This document shows positions 59,404 through 64,000 of a stretch of DNA of 64,000 bases, in pieces. Made by a program: the position numbers and the translations under genes. The stretch spans positions 227-64,226 of the forward strand of contig NYZP01000030.1 of assembly GCA_002687175.1 (NCBI GenBank), read 5' to 3'. The notes under the pieces were generated by a model that worked only from the letters and a program-made list of their open reading frames with translations, did not search any database and had not been told where the DNA came from. The stretch comes from Parcubacteria group bacterium. GTDB lineage: Bacteria > Patescibacteriota > Patescibacteriia > Buchananbacterales > UBA6539. The first letter of the stretch is position 1. Each line of letters begins with the position of its first letter.

Positions 59404-59477
59404 GGAGCGTCTCTTAAACAAATGGTCGGGCCGAGCCTGTGCTGAACTTGTTTCAGTAAATCCCTCACGCTCCACCA
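59404..59477 (+). pseudogene. Degenerate tRNA-Lys (CTT) remnant
   Basis: ggagcgt/acgctcc-acca acceptor, ctCTTaa loop, ggtcggg...aatccctc T-arm halves; D arm missing. Confidence 0.6.
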
Positions 59478-59688
59478 CTTTAAAAACTAGTCGTTAAAAT
59501 CGGCTATTTTTTTTAAATTTATTCATACTGTGATACAATGTAAAAACGTTGATAGACACTAATCAAATAAAATATGTGGACATTTCTCAAGAAATTCCAC
59601 AAGAGGAATATGATTGCCTGGTCTCAACCGGATATTACTCAAAACACTTCGGAGAGTGAAAATAATTAATAATTTAACTATTTAATCT

Positions 59689-60345
59689 ATGAAAAAACTT
59701 TTGATTTTTAGTTCATTAGGGTTACTGGCATTGGCTGGCTGCACTCAAAGTACTAATACTAATGTTAATACGGCCGTCAGTAATGAAAATACTAATCAGG
59801 CAGTGACTAATACCAACACTAACTCAACTAACACTAATACCAATACTACTATGACCGATGATTCAATAACCCAAGCTGTGCTCAAGACTAACCTTGGAAA
59901 TATAACCTTAGAATTTTATAGTGAAGATTCTCCCAAGACTGTTGAAAATTTTCTTAAGCTAGCTAAAGATGGCTTTTATGATGGCACTAAATTTCATCGA
60001 GTAATCAAAGATTTTATGATTCAAGGTGGTGATCCACTCAGTAAAGATGATGTAAATAAAGCCAGGTGGGGAACTGGTGGGCCAGGATATCAATTTGCCG
60101 ATGAGTTTAATAGTCATAAATTAGTAAAAGGATCATTGGCCATGGCTAACTCGGGACCAAATACTAATGGCAGCCAATTTTTTATTGTTACTGCTGACAG
60201 TACACCTTGGCTTGATGGAAAACACACCAATTTTGGTTGGGTTACCTCTGGCCTAGAAATAGTTGAGCAAATTCAAGCAACTGCTGTTGATCCTTCTGAT
60301 AAACCACTAGAAAATGTTATCATTGAATCAATAGAGTTAAAATAA
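59689..60345 (+). CDS. Cyclophilin-type peptidyl-prolyl isomerase lipoprotein
   Basis: Lipobox LAGC, Thr/Asn linker, FHRVIKDFMIQGGDP, LAMANSGPNTNGSQFFI, WLDGKHT.FG. Confidence 0.93.
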   Translation: MKKLLIFSSLGLLALAGCTQSTNTNVNTAVSNENTNQAVTNTNTNSTNTNTNTTMTDDSITQAVLKTNLGNITLEFYSEDSPKTVENFLKLAKDGFYDGTKFHRVIKDFMIQGGDPLSKDDVNKARWGTGGPGYQFADEFNSHKLVKGSLAMANSGPNTNGSQFFIVTADSTPWLDGKHTNFGWVTSGLEIVEQIQATAVDPSDKPLENVIIESIELK

Positions 60346-60375
60346 TCAAATTTCTTTGAAAGGAGATGAAAATAA

Positions 60376-60633
60376 ATGGGAAAACATAAAAAAGGTCCTC
60401 ACATGATAACTTTTTTACTACTACTTGTTGGCGGCATCAATTGGGGACTTCAAGGAGCTTTAAATTGGGATATCAGCCAACTTTTTGGTGGTATGGAAAA
60501 TATCGTATCACGAATTATTTTTGTCTTAATTGGCTTATCTGCTGTCTATGAAATCGCAACTCACAAGAAGAACTGTAAAAAATGTAACCCTAATGAGGGG
60601 ATGAAACCACTGGCACCATCTGCTGGAAATTAA
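60376..60633 (+). CDS. DUF378 family membrane protein
   Basis: LLLVGGINWGL.G, SRIIFVLIGLSA; SD aggag. Confidence 0.85.
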   Translation: MGKHKKGPHMITFLLLLVGGINWGLQGALNWDISQLFGGMENIVSRIIFVLIGLSAVYEIATHKKNCKKCNPNEGMKPLAPSAGN

Positions 60634-60656
60634 GCAACTTCATAATTTTTTATATT

Positions 60657-60696
60657 AAATAAAGTCACTGTTTTGGTGACTTTATTTATTTTTTTA
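60657..60696 (+). terminator. Intrinsic terminator
   Basis: aaataaagtcac-tgttttg-gtgactttattt plus T-run. Confidence 0.7.
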
Positions 60697-60737
60697 AAAT
60701 AGTAATTTTGTCAATTTTTTGTTATAATATATAAACT

Positions 60738-63440
60738 ATGGAAAAAACTCTTTGGCATACTTTACCCATAACTAAAGTCTTTAGTAAGCTACACACTGAT
60801 AAATCAGGGTTGGATAATAACGACGTAAAAAAAAGATTAAAAAAATTTGGGTACAATAAATTACCTGAAGAAAAAGGACTTTCTACAGCCAGAATTATTC
60901 TGAGCCAATTTAAAAGTCCCTTAGTTTACATTTTAATTGGTGCTGCATTAATTTCTCTTGTTTTACAAGATTATGTTGATATGACCGTCATTTTACTGGC
61001 GGTTTTTTTAAATACTATTTTAGGATTTTATCAGGAGAATAAAGCTAACAAAGCAATTAGTCACTTAAGAAAATTAATAGATCGAAAAGCTAAGGTTTTG
61101 AGAAATAATAATGCTGTTGAGGCTAGTGCCAAAACATTGGTTCCTGGTGACGTTATAATTCTAGAGGCTGGTGATAAAATTTCGGCTGATGCTAGACTAA
61201 TATCTTTTGATAATTTTCAAGTAATTGAAGCATCTTTAACTGGTGAATCAGTACCATCTGAAAAAAAACTAAAGTTATTAGATAAAGGAGCAGTATTAGC
61301 TGATCGTGAAAATATGGTTTTCAGTGGCACTGTAGTAGCGACCGGTAGAGCTAAAGCTATAGTTTGTGAAACTGGCATTAATACTGAGTTAGGGCAAATA
61401 ACTAAGCTAGTTAAAGACACTAATGAAGAAAATACCCCGTTACAAAATCAATTAGCAGCCCTGAGCAGATTTTTATCATTTATTGTTCTAGGAGTCGCCG
61501 TACTAATAATTATTGTCGGAAAATTGCAAGGCCGTACAATTTTTGGTTTTGGCCATCAAGCTCGTGAAGGTATGTTGAATACGGCAGCTGCGGTTGCGGT
61601 AGCAGCCATCCCCGAAGGCTTACTGATCGCTGTTACTGCTATTCTGGCCATTGGGATGCAAGCTATCCTAAAACGAAAAGCGTTGGTTCGTAAATTAGTA
61701 GCGGCAGAAACCTTAGGTAGTATATCGATTATATGTACTGACAAAACTGGTACATTGACTGAGGGAAAAATGCAAGTTTCCAGAATAATAAGTTTAGGTG
61801 AAGAAATTTCATTAAAAAAATCATTTCAATACCACGACACAACTCAACTGAAAGACCACGATTTAATGATTAAAATTTCTTTACTTTGTAATAATGCCGT
61901 TATTGAGAATCCTGACGAAGAATTAGAAAAAAGAAAAATACTGGGCAGTCCCACTGAAAGTGCGTTGTTAGTTGGTGCTATTCAGGCTGGTATTCCATAT
62001 AAATCTATCGAGAAAAGACAAGCACGTATTGCTGAAATTCCCTTTGATTCAGCAACTAAGTATATGGCCACTTTAAATAAATTAGATACCAAAAAAAATG
62101 TTATCTATATTAAAGGGGCTCCAGAAAAAATTATTTCTATGTCATCAAAAGTCAGAATAAACGGCAAGACTGAAAAGTTAACAGAAGGCAAAATAAAGTC
62201 ATTAAAACAAAAATATGAAAAGTTGACCAATCAAGGTTTAAGAGTTTTAGCCTTTGGCTATCGACAGGTACCTAATGACAATAAACTAGTGCTCAAGGAT
62301 GAGTTACATGACACAATTTTTATTGGATTTATTGCCCTACAAGACCCTCTTCGGGTTGAAACTAAGGAAACATTCAAATTAACTAAAATAGCAGGCATTA
62401 GACCAATCATTATTACTGGTGACCACAAATTAACGGCCAAAGCTGTAGTAGCAGAGCTTGGTCTAAAAATTGAAGAAAAAAATATTTTAGAAGGTAGTGA
62501 CCTTGATAAGATGAGTGACGAAAAACTAGCTAAAAAAGTCAGGAGTATTGACATCTATGCCAGAGTAGAGCCAAAACATAAACTGCGTATTATTGACGCC
62601 TGGCAAAAAAAAGGTGAGGTAGTGGCGATGACTGGTGATGGAGTTAACGATGCTCCAGCCATTAAAGCAGCTGATGTAGGTATTGCCCTAGGTTCAGGGA
62701 CTGATGTCGCTAAAGAAACTTCCGATATAATTTTACTGGACAATAATTTTAAAACAATCGTTGCCGCTATTGAACGTGGACGAGTTATTTTTGATAACAT
62801 TAAAAAAAATGTTCTGTATCTATTATCCGACAGTTTTTCAGAGATAATTTTAATTATCGGTGCTTTATTGTTAGCTTTGCCGTTACCAATTTTACCGGCT
62901 CAAATTATTTGGATTAATTTAATTGCTGACGGCTTACCAAGTTTAGCTCTTACTCAAGAAAAAGGTGAAAAGGAAGTAATGTTAGATAAACCACGCAAAA
63001 AATCAACAAAAATATTGGATGGCGAAATGAAAACATTGATATTTATTATCGGTATCGTTACTGATATAGTTTTACTAACTTTATTTTATTTGTTAGTTAA
63101 TCAAAATAATTTTGATATTACACGTATTAGAACAATTATTTTTGCCGCGATTGGAATTGATTCTTTGCTTTATGTTTTTTCCTGCCGGAGCTTACGTCAC
63201 ACCATTTTCCAAATGAATCCATTTTCAAACTTATATTTAATTGGCGCCGTAGCCATAGGACTCATTTTACAATTCCTGGCAATCTATTTACCTGTTCTAC
63301 AAAAAGCTCTTGAAACTATTCCTTTAGGACCAACCGATTGGCTGATTGTGGCCGTATTAGCAATAATTAAAATCATTGCTATTGAATTTGGAAAATATTA
63401 CTTTATTATCAAAAAATCTAAAGTCCAAGTTCATGTCTAA
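60738..63440 (+). CDS. P-type cation-transporting ATPase (P2A, Ca2+-like)
   Basis: LTGES, IPEGL, DKTGTLT, KGAPE, TGDH, MTGDGVNDAPA. Confidence 0.95.
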   Translation: MEKTLWHTLPITKVFSKLHTDKSGLDNNDVKKRLKKFGYNKLPEEKGLSTARIILSQFKSPLVYILIGAALISLVLQDYVDMTVILLAVFLNTILGFYQENKANKAISHLRKLIDRKAKVLRNNNAVEASAKTLVPGDVIILEAGDKISADARLISFDNFQVIEASLTGESVPSEKKLKLLDKGAVLADRENMVFSGTVVATGRAKAIVCETGINTELGQITKLVKDTNEENTPLQNQLAALSRFLSFIVLGVAVLIIIVGKLQGRTIFGFGHQAREGMLNTAAAVAVAAIPEGLLIAVTAILAIGMQAILKRKALVRKLVAAETLGSISIICTDKTGTLTEGKMQVSRIISLGEEISLKKSFQYHDTTQLKDHDLMIKISLLCNNAVIENPDEELEKRKILGSPTESALLVGAIQAGIPYKSIEKRQARIAEIPFDSATKYMATLNKLDTKKNVIYIKGAPEKIISMSSKVRINGKTEKLTEGKIKSLKQKYEKLTNQGLRVLAFGYRQVPNDNKLVLKDELHDTIFIGFIALQDPLRVETKETFKLTKIAGIRPIIITGDHKLTAKAVVAELGLKIEEKNILEGSDLDKMSDEKLAKKVRSIDIYARVEPKHKLRIIDAWQKKGEVVAMTGDGVNDAPAIKAADVGIALGSGTDVAKETSDIILLDNNFKTIVAAIERGRVIFDNIKKNVLYLLSDSFSEIILIIGALLLALPLPILPAQIIWINLIADGLPSLALTQEKGEKEVMLDKPRKKSTKILDGEMKTLIFIIGIVTDIVLLTLFYLLVNQNNFDITRIRTIIFAAIGIDSLLYVFSCRSLRHTIFQMNPFSNLYLIGAVAIGLILQFLAIYLPVLQKALETIPLGPTDWLIVAVLAIIKIIAIEFGKYYFIIKKSKVQVHV

Positions 63441-64000
63441 TTCTTTAGTCTATAAATATTTAATTCTAAATGATGATGAAAATGTAATTAAAATAGTTAG
63501 ACAGCGTTCGCTACAGCTCTTTCAATCAATAATTATTCCGATCATTCTTATAATTTTACCTTTTTTCTTTCTTTATCCTTTATTTAACTGGGGTAATAAA
63601 GGTATTATTCTTTTTTCTAGCTTAGTTTTTATTGGATTAATTTGGTTAATTAGAAATGTAGTAATCTGGTATCTTCAAATTTTTATAATTACCGATAAAC
63701 GTGTAGTTGATATTGATCAAAAAGGAATGTTTCGTAAAACTGTTTCCGATATACCACTGACAAAAGTGGGTGATGTTTTTTATCAAGTCAATGGGATTTG
63801 GCAAACTATATTTAGAATAGGTAATATTTATCTAGTATTAACCGATAGTAAAACTAAAATTGAAATTAAAAATATTGCTCAACCTAGTAAAACCCAACAG
63901 CTTGTTCTTCAGCTAAAGGATGATTTTTTAAAGCAAGCAAAAGATACAAGCTCACTTTCCACAAAAGATCTAATTGAATTAATTGAAAAAATAAAGTTAA
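63433..64000 (+). CDS. Bacterial PH-domain membrane protein (runs off the window end)
   Basis: Open from ATG 63433 with no stop: 2 TMs then IITDKRVVDIDQKGMFRK...GIWQTIFRIGNI. Confidence 0.75.
   Translation, partial: MSNSLVYKYLILNDDENVIKIVRQRSLQLFQSIIIPIILIILPFFFLYPLFNWGNKGIILFSSLVFIGLIWLIRNVVIWYLQIFIITDKRVVDIDQKGMFRKTVSDIPLTKVGDVFYQVNGIWQTIFRIGNIYLVLTDSKTKIEIKNIAQPSKTQQLVLQLKDDFLKQAKDTSSLSTKDLIELIEKIKL

Noticed and set aside
59750-59850. actaat/accaac-type repeats in the cyclophilin gene
   Set aside because: Ordinary Thr/Asn low-complexity lipoprotein linker
1146-62800. Numerous short antisense or alternate-frame ORFs in the track (e.g. 3788, 8333, 28496, 31612, 54425, 62258)
   Set aside because: Shadows of well-supported genes with no motifs or start signals

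Overview
AT-rich bacterial chromosome segment using the standard genetic code 11, with mostly SD-less genes. Gene content (PduL+AckA, membrane-anchored Clp ATPase, DUF4012 polysaccharide locus, MacAB-like ABC system, many orphan ORFs) suggests a Patescibacteria/CPR genome; this assignment is inference. Housekeeping genes include typA, rodA, rplY, dnaX, ybaB, corA, ackA, murJ, lepA, recJ, rnhA, tgt, rplU, recR and dnaB. The most striking signals are in the RNA genes. (1) An RNase P RNA gene (37935-38685, minus strand) carries a complete 84-aa GIY-YIG nuclease ORF inside its P3 loop, closed by a perfect 13-bp stem. (2) A nested 'Russian-doll' tRNA-Gln locus (17514-17913) has an intact tRNA inside the D-loop of a degenerate tRNA, itself inside a third tRNA shell that ends in CCA. 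(3) At least six REP-like mini-hairpins with a CYTG foot sit in tRNA loops and at a duplicated gene start, and an in-frame palindrome sits in tgt. (4) Two promoter- and terminator-bounded structured RNAs of unknown family are present. All calls are from reading the sequence by eye; no searches or folding programs were run.
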